DNA of 64,000 nt, from NCBI GenBank assembly GCA_963845185.1, contig CAWJRG010000010.1, forward strand, positions 64,001 through 128,000. Direction: 5' to 3'. The stretch is from an uncultured bacterium. Its GTDB lineage: Bacteria; Oederibacteriota; PGYV01; CAWJRG01. Below are positions 25,428 to 35,103 of the stretch, one piece after another. Below the pieces are notes generated by a model. It saw only the letters and a list, made by a program, of their open reading frames with translations. It searched no databases and was not told the origin of the DNA. Position 1 is the stretch's first letter; each line of letters opens with the position of its first letter. The position numbers and the translations under genes were made by a program.

Positions 25428-26795
25428 TTACCTCTTTGTCATCTCCGCCATCAATTCCACATGATAAGTTTGCGCGAACTGGTCAAGCGGGATAATTTCA
25501 TTTAATTTATATACCCCTTTCAACGATGAAAGATCCCTGGCATAGCTTGCTGGATTGCAGGATATATATATAAGTTTTCCTGCCGGTTTTTTACTGAGCG
25601 CGTTTACTACTCTTTGGTTCATGCCCGAACGCGGCGGATCAACAACGACAGCGTCGAATTTTTCGTCTTCCAGTAATTTTTCAGCCGCGTCCTCAACCCT
25701 TGAGTTTACTATTGATATATTTCTTATATTATTATGTTTGGCTATATCGTACAGGATTGCCGTACTTGTCTTTTCCGCCTCTACTATAGTTACTTCCCTG
25801 AATTTGCCTGCAGACGGCAGGGTCAGCGCGCCAACCCCTCCGTACAGGTCAAGTACCGACGATCCGCTTCCTGCTTTTTTGAAAACAAACGCAACCATTT
25901 TCTCCAGCATGCCCGCGTTCACCTGGAAAAAAGTCTGCGCCTCTAGCTTGAAATTAACGCCTGCCGCGCTTTCGATAAGATACGGTTTGCCAAAAATCAC
26001 CTTTTCCCTTTCTCCGTAAACATTGCTTGTGTCTTCAAGGTTAAAATTTGCAACTATGCCGTATATACCATCGCACTGCGCCTTTATCCTTTCCGCAGCC
26101 GTTTCAATAAATGATTTCACTTCTTTTCCTGCAACAACAAAAGTTACAAGCGCTTTCCCTTGAGTATTTACCCGCATCGTAACATGCCGCAGATAACCCC
26201 TGCGCTTATCCTGATTGTATATAGTAAGTCCTTTTGTATTTTCGTTCAAAACTTTACGGGTTATCTCGGCTATTTCGTTTATGCGCGGGTGCATGAGCAG
26301 GCATTTGTCAACGCCTGCTATTTCATGGCTACGCGCCTTAAAAAAACCGAGTTCCACTCCTCTTTGTGTCAGGACAGGCCTGTACTCTGCCCGGTTCCGG
26401 TAATTCAAAGGGATTTCGTACGATACAGGCGCAAGTATCGGGGGGTTTTTTATGCCGCCTGTTTTTTCTATCATTTCACGCATTATCCGTACTTTATGTT
26501 CGAGCTGGTATTTGTAAGGCATATTCATCCAGTCACACCCGCCGCAGATTCCAAAATATGGGCATGCCGGTTTTGAATAATACGGTGATTGTTTGATGAT
26601 GCTTTTTACCCGTGCCTTTGCTATGTCGTTTTTAGACTCTATTACCACGGCATTGACAATACTGCCCAGCAACACATAAGGTATATAAATGGAATACCCT
26701 TCAAAGTATGCTATTCCATCCCCGCCGTAAGCCAGCGAGGAAATCTCAAGTTCCAGTTCTTCTCCTATTTCAAGTTTATTTATATTGCGTTTCAC
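25428..26795 (-). CDS. rlmD: 23S rRNA (uracil-C5)-methyltransferase, TRAM domain
   Basis: CPYFGICGGC Fe-S motif, YRNR, FFQVN, DLYGGVG, VDPPRSG, YISCNP and HVE motifs. Confidence 0.93.
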   Translation of the reverse strand: MKRNINKLEIGEELELEISSLAYGGDGIAYFEGYSIYIPYVLLGSIVNAVVIESKNDIAKARVKSIIKQSPYYSKPACPYFGICGGCDWMNMPYKYQLEHKVRIMREMIEKTGGIKNPPILAPVSYEIPLNYRNRAEYRPVLTQRGVELGFFKARSHEIAGVDKCLLMHPRINEIAEITRKVLNENTKGLTIYNQDKRRGYLRHVTMRVNTQGKALVTFVVAGKEVKSFIETAAERIKAQCDGIYGIVANFNLEDTSNVYGEREKVIFGKPYLIESAAGVNFKLEAQTFFQVNAGMLEKMVAFVFKKAGSGSSVLDLYGGVGALTLPSAGKFREVTIVEAEKTSTAILYDIAKHNNIRNISIVNSRVEDAAEKLLEDEKFDAVVVDPPRSGMNQRVVNALSKKPAGKLIYISCNPASYARDLSSLKGVYKLNEIIPLDQFAQTYHVELMAEMTKR

Positions 26796-28168
26796 GCCGG
26801 TTCCCCTGATTTTTCTTTGCGCCTTCCCGTGAGTGAAGTAAAAATTCCAACGATACAGAGCATGGCAAAAACCGTCAATGATATCTTTATGCTGGTCATG
26901 AACTGTGGATAAACCTCATGCGTGACATTTATTTTGCCGACAAGCGTTGACAGCACGAACATGGTTATTCCCATGCTGAGCATCTGTCCAAAAAGCCTCA
27001 CAGTACCTATCGTAGATGAGGCAACGCCGTAGTATTTCCGATCGACCGACCCCATTATGGCGCTTGTATTAGGCGATATGAATACAGCCAGCCCGAATCC
27101 CAGGAAAGCCAGCACCGCAATTATGGCCCAAAGCTTGGTTTCAGCCGTAACAAAAAGCATTATAATAAGAGATGCAGCTGTTAAAGCCATGCCAATGGAT
27201 GCCACCATACGCGCGTCTTTTTTATCAGATATTCTCCCGGCTATTGGTGAAAAAAACGCCATGAAAACCGGTTGGCTAAGCAGTATCATACCTGCCTGCC
27301 TCGGCTCCATTCCTTTTATGTACTGTAAATATAATGAAGCGAGGAACCCTACTGCGAAAGTCGCACTGTAATTTATCAACGACGACAGGCTTGAAAAAGC
27401 AAATATCTTGTTTTTCAAAAGCAGGTTGACATCAAAAACCGGCTGTTTTATGCATCCCTCCAAAATAAGGAAAGCAATAAATGAAGCCAGCCCGGCTAGC
27501 ATAATAAATATCCCGAACCTCTCGTGCATCTTTGTAGATCCGAACATCAATAATCCTATGGATACCGCATAAAGCGCTGAGCCAAGCAAATCAAACTTCT
27601 CGCCTTTTGCCTCGTGCCACTCACCCCTAAGAAAGATAAACGTGAGAATTATGATTACTATTCCCAGTACGACGTTCAGCCAAAAAATACTTCTCCATCC
27701 CCATGCCTGCGTCATTATGCCTCCAAGAAACGGGCCCAAAGACAGGCCAGTGTAAACAGACGCTGAGTTTATCCCTATTGCTTTTCCCCTTTCCTCAGGC
27801 GGGAATGCGGACGTAAGTATTGCCAGTGAAGTCCCGAATATCATTGACCCGCTGAGTCCCTGGAACAGGCGGAAAGCTATAAGCTCATGCCCCGTATGCG
27901 CGGCAGCACAGAGGAATGAGGAAACGGTAAAGAGTATCATGCCTGTTATAAATATAAGCTTCCTGCCGTATATATCCGAAAGCCTGCCGAATGGAACCAG
28001 GAAAACGGCAGCAGCAAGTATGTACGCTGTCGCCACCCATCCAAGCATTACCACGTCCATAGACATCTCCCTGCCTATGCTAGGCAATGCCAGGTTTGTT
28101 GACGAGGAAATAAAAGGCGTCAGAAATGCTGATAAACCGAATGTTAAAAGCAGCATTTTTTTGTTCAT
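26792..28168 (-). CDS. MFS transporter (14-TM DHA2-like)
   Basis: GRLSDIYGRK, FPPEERGKAIG, LGPFLGG and WGWRSIFWLN motifs. Confidence 0.93.
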   Translation of the reverse strand: MNKKMLLLTFGLSAFLTPFISSSTNLALPSIGREMSMDVVMLGWVATAYILAAAVFLVPFGRLSDIYGRKLIFITGMILFTVSSFLCAAAHTGHELIAFRLFQGLSGSMIFGTSLAILTSAFPPEERGKAIGINSASVYTGLSLGPFLGGIMTQAWGWRSIFWLNVVLGIVIIILTFIFLRGEWHEAKGEKFDLLGSALYAVSIGLLMFGSTKMHERFGIFIMLAGLASFIAFLILEGCIKQPVFDVNLLLKNKIFAFSSLSSLINYSATFAVGFLASLYLQYIKGMEPRQAGMILLSQPVFMAFFSPIAGRISDKKDARMVASIGMALTAASLIIMLFVTAETKLWAIIAVLAFLGFGLAVFISPNTSAIMGSVDRKYYGVASSTIGTVRLFGQMLSMGITMFVLSTLVGKINVTHEVYPQFMTSIKISLTVFAMLCIVGIFTSLTGRRKEKSGEPA

Positions 28169-28239
28169 GTTTTTTCCTTTTAAAAGTATTGGTTATCTAA
28201 TATTTCCATCATTGCCTGTAAAAAAATTTCAATTAATTA

Positions 28240-29160
28240 TTAATGCCAGTTTGGATAAGTATCATCTGCTGATGGATCATTTGTAATTTTTACCGGGTCT
28301 GTGCCGTCGGCATTCATTACATAAATCTGAAAATTTCCGTTGCGATTGCTGCTAAATGCTATTTTTTTTCCGTCAGGAGACCATGAAGGGCTGTAGTCAT
28401 CTGCCGGATTCTTTGTGAGATTTACCGGATTTGTGCCGTCAGCATTCATTACATAGATTTCATAATTGCCATCACAATTGCTTGTGAATGCTATTTTGCT
28501 GCCGTCCGGAGAAAATGAAGGAAATACATCATTTGTTGTATTGTCTGTAAGATTTACTTGGCCTGATCCGTCAGCATTCATTAAATAGATTTCATAATTG
28601 CCATTGCGATTGCTGCTAAATGCTATTTTGCTGCCGTCCGAAGACCACGAAGGTCCGTAGTTGAATTTTTTGAGTGTTTTTGTTAGCCTTTTAAGGTTTC
28701 TTCCATCTGTATCCATAACATATATTTCAGAATTGCCGTCACGGTCGCTTGTAAATGCTATTTTGCTTCCGTCAGGGGAAAAACAAGGAAATCCGTCATC
28801 AGTTGTATTGTTTGTAAGATTTGCTTGATTTGTCCCATTAACATTCATAACGTAAATTTCCCGATTGCCGTCACGATCACTCATGAATGCAATTTTGCTT
28901 CCGTCAGGAGAAAATGTCGGGTGTGTGTTCGCTGATGAATTCTTTGTTAGTCTTACCACATTCGTACCGTTAATATTCATAACATAAATTTCATTATTGC
29001 CGTTTAGATTGCTCGTGAATGCAATTTTGTTAATTTGTACATGTGCAATTGATGTTTTTATTTTATTACAACAGCAAAAAGAAAAAATAATAATAGTTAG
29101 AGCAGCGATTCCTGTTAAAATTGTTTTTTGCAGATTTGTTACCGGCATTTTAATCGCCAA
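28240..29160 (-). CDS. TolB-like PD40-repeat beta-propeller lipoprotein, paralog 2
   Basis: About six repeats of PSWSPDGSKIAFxSNRDGNxEIYVMNADG, Cys after a hydrophobic leader. Confidence 0.9.
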   Translation of the reverse strand: MAIKMPVTNLQKTILTGIAALTIIIFSFCCCNKIKTSIAHVQINKIAFTSNLNGNNEIYVMNINGTNVVRLTKNSSANTHPTFSPDGSKIAFMSDRDGNREIYVMNVNGTNQANLTNNTTDDGFPCFSPDGSKIAFTSDRDGNSEIYVMDTDGRNLKRLTKTLKKFNYGPSWSSDGSKIAFSSNRNGNYEIYLMNADGSGQVNLTDNTTNDVFPSFSPDGSKIAFTSNCDGNYEIYVMNADGTNPVNLTKNPADDYSPSWSPDGKKIAFSSNRNGNFQIYVMNADGTDPVKITNDPSADDTYPNWH

Positions 29161-29172
29161 TTTGATTAGTCC

Positions 29173-30096
29173 TTAATGCCAATTGGGATATGCGTCATGT
29201 GCTGCCGGATTTTTTGTAAGATTTACCGGATTTGTTCCATCGGCATTCATAACATAGATCTGATAATTGCCATCTCGCTTGCTCATGAACGCTATTTTGC
29301 TGCCATCAGGAGACCATGAAGGATATGTATCAGCTGCCGGATTCTTGGTAAGATTTACCGGATTTGTTCCATCGGCATTTATCACATAGATTTCATCATT
29401 TCCGTCCCGATTGCTTGTGAAAGCTATTTTAATTCCATCAGGAGAGCATGAAGGCGCAAAGTCAAATGCCGGGTTATCTGTTAACCTCACCGGCTGATTT
29501 ATGCCGTCAACATTCATTGAGTATATCTCTTGATTGCCGTCACGGCCGCTGCTAAATGCCATTTTTTTCCCATCGGGGAACCATGAAGGATTGCAGTTAT
29601 TTGCAGGATTGTATGAAATATTTATTTGATTTGTGCCATCTGTATTCATTATATAAATTTCAAAATTGAACTTATTATCACGGGTACTTTCAAATGCTAT
29701 CTTGCTGCCGTCCGGAGACCACGAAGGAAATGTGTCATCTGCCGGATTGTCGGTAAGGCGTACTGTATTTGTTCCGTCAAAATTCATGACATATATGTCA
29801 GTATTGCCGTCGCGATTGCTTGCAAATGCTATTTTGCTCCCGTCAGGAGAAATTGAAGGATACGTATCAGAATAAGTAGCAGGCGTGTGTTTTGTAAGAT
29901 TTACCTGATTTGTACCATCAGCATTCATGACAAATATGTCGGCATTGCCGTCACGGTTGCTTGTAAATGCTATTTTATTGATTTGTACATTTGATACTGG
30001 TTTTTTTATTTTATTACAACTATAAAAAAAAGGTGGGATAATGGTAAACAAAAAAATTCCTATGAGAGTTGTTCTTGGTAATTTCGATTTCAGCAT
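29173..30096 (-). CDS. TolB-like PD40-repeat beta-propeller lipoprotein, paralog 1
   Basis: Same repeat, leader ending FYSC, same YPNWH C-terminus as its neighbour. Confidence 0.9.
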   Translation of the reverse strand: MLKSKLPRTTLIGIFLFTIIPPFFYSCNKIKKPVSNVQINKIAFTSNRDGNADIFVMNADGTNQVNLTKHTPATYSDTYPSISPDGSKIAFASNRDGNTDIYVMNFDGTNTVRLTDNPADDTFPSWSPDGSKIAFESTRDNKFNFEIYIMNTDGTNQINISYNPANNCNPSWFPDGKKMAFSSGRDGNQEIYSMNVDGINQPVRLTDNPAFDFAPSCSPDGIKIAFTSNRDGNDEIYVINADGTNPVNLTKNPAADTYPSWSPDGSKIAFMSKRDGNYQIYVMNADGTNPVNLTKNPAAHDAYPNWH

Positions 30097-30323
30097 TTTA
30101 GCCCCGAAAAGTCACAAATATCAGATCATATAATGCTTGTCACAAACTCTGCAATACTTGAATGTAAATTTTATGTTTCTTGTTTGAAAGCTTTGAAACA
30201 GAAATATTCCAGAGAAACGATATCAATAACTGAAATTGAGTTTGATATATGGCTGTTGTTGAGAAAATCAAGTCAAAAAAGTAATTGAATGATATTCTGA
30301 TAAATTAAAACCTAATTTGCCGC

Positions 30324-30596
30324 TTATTCAGGAGTACAATTATCCCTTGTTATGGTTCCACTCGGGCATCCGGATGCGTAACATCCTCCATCACAATAAT
30401 AAGCGTGCCCTGAAGTGCAGCATACGCTAACATCTGGGCACCATAGCGGATAAGCTGAGTTCGTGCAATGCTGCGTTGCCGTGGTCTTTGTACAACCCGT
30501 TAAACTGCCCAGAGCAATCAAAGCAAAAAGGCTTAATACTGCTGTAGTTGTTCGTATAATTCTTTTTAAACTATCTTTCATGTTTGTTTTTCTCAT
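30324..30596 (-). CDS. Small cysteine-rich lipoprotein
   Basis: Lipobox LTGC followed by eight further Cys in about 45 aa. Confidence 0.75.
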   Translation of the reverse strand: MRKTNMKDSLKRIIRTTTAVLSLFALIALGSLTGCTKTTATQHCTNSAYPLWCPDVSVCCTSGHAYYCDGGCYASGCPSGTITRDNCTPE

Positions 30597-30994
30597 TTTT
30601 TCACCTGATCTTTAATGATTTTATGAATTGTCTAATTTTCACCAATTCAAATTTTTTCGATTTTATCAGCAAAACGTTTCGGAGTTAAATATTACTTCCA
30701 GTAGTTTGCCTTGAATTTATAATTATATTTTCACCTCCTTCTTTCTTGCAGATTTTAGATTCTCTTTGCGCTCTGCCTGATGACTCTTTCAATCTCGTTT
30801 GACCCGTCACAACCCACGCCTGACTGCGATACTCTTATGATACCAAGTAACCCTATACTGCAAGGTAGTTTTTAAAATTTCTTTAAACTTTCTCCAAAAG
30901 ATCCATAATAAATCGTTATCTGATTTAATTATGTATATATTGTAAATGATATTCTAGCATTTGTCAAGTATTTTATTAATTATTTTAAATCTAC

Positions 30995-31585
30995 CTAAAA
31001 TACTATAATTAGCTTTGTAAGTAAGCCAGTAGTAAATAATTTTATTTTTTCTCTTTTTTCTTCCGCCATTTTTTTTAGCTTTATCATGCTTCTTTCCATG
31101 TCTGGTCCAAAATATGAATCCAGCCCAAAAGAAATAAGTTTTGAAATGGGGTTCATGCCAACGTTTCCCGAAACTTTCCAGACCATCAGGGTTCCCAGAT
31201 CAGACGGTTTTAGTTCTATAATACCATCAAGCTGAAAAGTGCTGTCCTGGATTTTGGCGGAGTATTTTATCATTTTGTTTTTTTCGCTTTCTATTATATT
31301 CATTATGCCGCCGCCCATTGATTTCGCCTGCCAAATGGATTTTGCACCTTTGCCGTCCTTGCTCCCGCTGTTTTTATATTTTAAGGTTGAATCTTTTTCC
31401 GTAGTCCATGCCGACCACTTTTCCCAGTTATCCAGGTTATTGACATATTGGAATATTATCCCTGATTTGGCATTTATAAAAAGGCTCCTCTGCACAGACC
31501 AGTCAGACGGTATGGCAAAAGAAAGTAAAACAACAACCGCAAGTATTGCAAGAAAGGCTATGACAAAATCCATTGGTTTGTTCAT
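30995..31585 (-). CDS. SRPBCC/polyketide cyclase family protein
   Basis: N-terminal TM, VQRSLFINA, WEKWSAW and GPDMERS motifs. Confidence 0.85.
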   Translation of the reverse strand: MNKPMDFVIAFLAILAVVVLLSFAIPSDWSVQRSLFINAKSGIIFQYVNNLDNWEKWSAWTTEKDSTLKYKNSGSKDGKGAKSIWQAKSMGGGIMNIIESEKNKMIKYSAKIQDSTFQLDGIIELKPSDLGTLMVWKVSGNVGMNPISKLISFGLDSYFGPDMERSMIKLKKMAEEKREKIKLFTTGLLTKLIIVF

Positions 31586-31649
31586 TTTTATACCCTCATT
31601 TTTTATTTTAATTGCTCACAATGTAAGTATACTGAAAAAAATCCCAAAA

Positions 31650-32435
31650 TCAAGTTTTTTTGCTTTTAATCTTCCTACCCTTGCTCTTTTCCCATAATTC
31701 CAGCATTTCTTTCTCTCTAATATCCTTATACAAATATTTTTCTATTTTCTTGAACCTTTTTATAAATTTGTCGCTTGTTTTTTGCAAAGCATTCTCCGGG
31801 TTTATCCTGCAAAAGTAAGCAAGGGAAACAAGCGCAAAGAATAAATCCCCTATTTCCTCCTGGATATGCATTTTTTTGCCATGCTTCAGCGCATCTTTGA
31901 CTTCACATAGCTCTTCCCCGACTTTTCTCAATATCTGCGCCTCTGTCCTCCATTTAAATCCTGTGCTCTGCGCCTTGCTTACAAGCCGCCTTGCGCGCAA
32001 AAGCGCCGGCAGCGCAGCCGGCACGCCATCAATGACAGAATCTCTTTTTTTTGTTTCTTTCTTGTGTTTTTCCCAGAAATCCCTGACCTGCCAGTCCTTT
32101 GATAGGCCTTTTTTATCGCCGAATACATGCGGGTGCCTTGTTATAAGCTTGCTGTTTATGCCTCGCAGGACATCATCAATTGAAAAATAATTCCTTTCGT
32201 TTGCTATCTGCGCGTGAAAAACCACCTGTAGTAATATATCGCCTAGCTCTTCCTTTAAATTTTTTTTGTCTTTTTTGTTTATCGCCTCTATTGCCTCGTA
32301 TGTTTCTTCCAGGAGATACGACATAATGCTTTCATGCGTCTGTTTTCTGTCCCACGGGCAGCCTTTTTTTCCTCTCAATTTTTTCATTATATCGACAAGC
32401 TTTGAAAATTCCTCTTGTTTAATATTATTTTCCAA
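31650..32435 (-). CDS. mazG: Nucleoside triphosphate pyrophosphohydrolase
   Basis: GCPWDRKQTH, EETYE, EELGDILLQ and RHPHVF motifs, second EEIGD domain. Confidence 0.95.
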   Translation of the reverse strand: MENNIKQEEFSKLVDIMKKLRGKKGCPWDRKQTHESIMSYLLEETYEAIEAINKKDKKNLKEELGDILLQVVFHAQIANERNYFSIDDVLRGINSKLITRHPHVFGDKKGLSKDWQVRDFWEKHKKETKKRDSVIDGVPAALPALLRARRLVSKAQSTGFKWRTEAQILRKVGEELCEVKDALKHGKKMHIQEEIGDLFFALVSLAYFCRINPENALQKTSDKFIKRFKKIEKYLYKDIREKEMLELWEKSKGRKIKSKKT

Positions 32436-34614
32436 TTTTTATCTCCCCAGGCGTATAGGTTACATTCAAAATTGCTGTAAAAACCAGTATTATGATATTG
32501 AATATAATTGTTCCTGTCACTCCCAATACCGGTAAAAGAAAAACTCCAAACAAGAGCCCTGCAATCGCCCCGCCTGTCAAATCCATGCTGTAAAGCATAC
32601 TTATCTCGGTATTATCTATTGCCAGGTTAAAAGTAAGCCCGGCGACCAAACCTGCCATAATTATCAAAAGTACCAATACTCCGTTTCCCGCATTGCCTGT
32701 TGCGGAGCAAACAGCAAAATACACGGCCGAAAGCAGATTTAATATGATAGCCGCGATCGCCACGGTTCTTATTTTAATCTTTTCAAACCTGTAGCCTGCA
32801 GCGCCGCCTATTATACAGCCCAGCATAAAAAACGCGAATATCATGCCTATGTATTTATAAATATAGCCGTAAAAACTCTGGAATATAAAAATAAGAAGGA
32901 GCTCGATAATCATCGCGCTTGCTCCGATTGCAGTCATCGAAAAATACGGTACCGGGTTATCGGTTATTTGTTTAAGCCTAAAAGTATTTGCAATGGCAAA
33001 AGCCAAGATAAAAAGTATCACTGCCATTTTCAGCGGGTTGTTTCCCCGTCGAAACATCAGGACATCGTTCCTTAAAAATGCAAAATACGCCTCGGGTTTC
33101 AATATGCTGTTGCTTATGCCATGCTGTTTTTTTATTATATTCATTAAAGCCGCTTGTTTTTCATTATTCAGCCTGTCTTCAATGTACCTCCTGTTCAAAA
33201 CAGGGACATCAACGCCTTCTTTTTTCATGTTCGCGAGCATTTGCCCAGCTGAAATCCTAATCTCGTCATTCGAGCATATAAATATTATATTATCACCCGG
33301 CACCAGAAATATATTTTTAAAAACTTTTATTGCGGCATTATAAACCGCAGATAGCGTCGATGCGAGCGCAGGGTTTAAGTAGTTTTCCGCAGCCGCCATA
33401 TAAAAAATCACTTCACCGCCCTTGCCAAGCCTGGAATTTAAGCCATTAAAAAACTCTGATGTATAATACCTGTTTGAGTATATTGTGCTCGGCAGGCTAA
33501 GATTAAGGATTATGGTATCGTATTTTTCAGGCGGGTTTAGTTTTAAAAAATAAACAGGGTCGCCGAAAATATTTTTTATTTTTTTACCGGTTTTGATCCC
33601 GCTTTCAAATTGTGTTTGCATGGCTTCGCCAGCGTATTCGTCAGCCTCAATATTTGTTATTTGTTCTACGCTCTTATACCTGGACAGCTCGCTTAGCATG
33701 CCGGCAAATCCCGCGTTTACGTTCAGTACGCTGCTGTTCTTGTCATGCGTAAGGCACGCCCAGCCAGTTATTTCGGAATATTTTACATCCGGTACCATGT
33801 ATGTAATCATACCGTTTTCAAACACATAATAGACATTGTTTCTTTTACATATTGTGAGCTTTGTTGTGGGGTATTCCTTATTATATATTACTTCATATTT
33901 TGCAAACCCTGCGTTCAGGCTGGCGATATCGGTCTTTTCCATAAAACCCGCAACTATGAAACCAAGGTAAAAAAGCAGGCCTATTACAACAACCGGTATG
34001 ATTATCCTGCCTTCGTTTCCCTTTTCCTTGAATAATATATATATGGAAACGATATCCAGCACGCCCAGCCAGTAAATAACCTGAAAATTCCCCCATCTTT
34101 CGGACAGGAATAAGGTAAATATAATGCCGGCGATCATGGCGCCTAATGCCTCGATTATATACATGAACTTAGCCTGTTTTTTGATGTTTTCCCTGCGCAA
34201 TATCTCGCCTGCTGTCGAAAAAGTTAGGGTCAGTATCATGCCTGCAGGTGATGCCGTGGCTATTATTATAAGTATCGCGCTCCAAATATTTAAAAGCATT
34301 TCAGGCTGTATGCCAAGCAGCAGTTTTATATACCTGATTAAAATCACAACCGCCGGTATTAAAAACGCCGATATCACCGGCATTATTGCCAGGGCAATCT
34401 TTAAAAATGAAAGGTTTTTTTTTCTGAAAAACCCGGAGAATATAAAGCTTCCGCCAAAGGCGCCTGCAAAAAGCCATATCGCGAGTATTGCGCCAAGTAT
34501 AAGTTCGTTTGCGTAAACCTGGCTTATTATTTCCCTGTAAAAAACCACCTGGGACAATAGGGCTGCCAAGCCGTTTAAAAAAATTATAATTATGATTTTA
34601 TAAAATATGTTCAT
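32425..34614 (-). CDS. Membrane protein with central spermidine-synthase-like domain
   Basis: N- and C-terminal TM bundles (EALGAMIAG, DLTGGAIAG) around YDTIILNL.P...NRYYTSEFF...LGKGG. Confidence 0.8.
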   Translation of the reverse strand: MNIFYKIIIIIFLNGLAALLSQVVFYREIISQVYANELILGAILAIWLFAGAFGGSFIFSGFFRKKNLSFLKIALAIMPVISAFLIPAVVILIRYIKLLLGIQPEMLLNIWSAILIIIATASPAGMILTLTFSTAGEILRRENIKKQAKFMYIIEALGAMIAGIIFTLFLSERWGNFQVIYWLGVLDIVSIYILFKEKGNEGRIIIPVVVIGLLFYLGFIVAGFMEKTDIASLNAGFAKYEVIYNKEYPTTKLTICKRNNVYYVFENGMITYMVPDVKYSEITGWACLTHDKNSSVLNVNAGFAGMLSELSRYKSVEQITNIEADEYAGEAMQTQFESGIKTGKKIKNIFGDPVYFLKLNPPEKYDTIILNLSLPSTIYSNRYYTSEFFNGLNSRLGKGGEVIFYMAAAENYLNPALASTLSAVYNAAIKVFKNIFLVPGDNIIFICSNDEIRISAGQMLANMKKEGVDVPVLNRRYIEDRLNNEKQAALMNIIKKQHGISNSILKPEAYFAFLRNDVLMFRRGNNPLKMAVILFILAFAIANTFRLKQITDNPVPYFSMTAIGASAMIIELLLIFIFQSFYGYIYKYIGMIFAFFMLGCIIGGAAGYRFEKIKIRTVAIAAIILNLLSAVYFAVCSATGNAGNGVLVLLIIMAGLVAGLTFNLAIDNTEISMLYSMDLTGGAIAGLLFGVFLLPVLGVTGTIIFNIIILVFTAILNVTYTPGEIKIGK

Positions 34615-34647
34615 GTATTCCCTCGTTTAGATGCAGAGTGATATAAT

Positions 34648-35094
34648 TCATGTTCTAACTGAAGTTGGGGGATTTCTATCCGGATAGAAAATTTTCTTGT
34701 TTATAAACTTTTTATATGCCCTGTAAAAGAAAAAATACCCAAATGGCCTTATGTTATTTGCGAACTGGTCCGGTATCATGTGGGCAAGGTATGCTATCGT
34801 GAATACTATGGCAAACGTGTAATTATTCAGGAAAAAAGCGGCAATCCACGCGATAATAATAAATTCATAACAGTGAAAAATCAGGTATAATTTAACAAAA
34901 TCGCCCTTATAGGATTTTATAAACAGGTCTTTAAAATCAAACTTTTTTTCTTCTCTGATGTAATCAAATACATGATCAAAGTCAATAAGCACGCCCAAAG
35001 CAAGGCTCATCAGGAAATAAAGCCATGAATGGGTAAAAAAAAGGATTCCCCCGCTTACGGGCAGTGCAATTGCCATGTGATGCTCAAGTTTCAT
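34648..35094 (-). CDS. Putative membrane metal-dependent hydrolase (YdjM-like)
   Basis: H...DFDH...FH..E...H..PD metal-ligand pattern within TM helices. Confidence 0.7.
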   Translation of the reverse strand: MKLEHHMAIALPVSGGILFFTHSWLYFLMSLALGVLIDFDHVFDYIREEKKFDFKDLFIKSYKGDFVKLYLIFHCYEFIIIAWIAAFFLNNYTFAIVFTIAYLAHMIPDQFANNIRPFGYFFFYRAYKKFINKKIFYPDRNPPTSVRT

Positions 35095-35103
35095 TTGCTT
35101 TTT

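Noticed and set aside
30690..30820. c-di-GMP-I riboswitch
   Set aside because: Fragments (ggtcaaac...gaaa...cgcaaag, ggcaaac) are present, but I could not pair the required stems. An Infernal scan would settle it.
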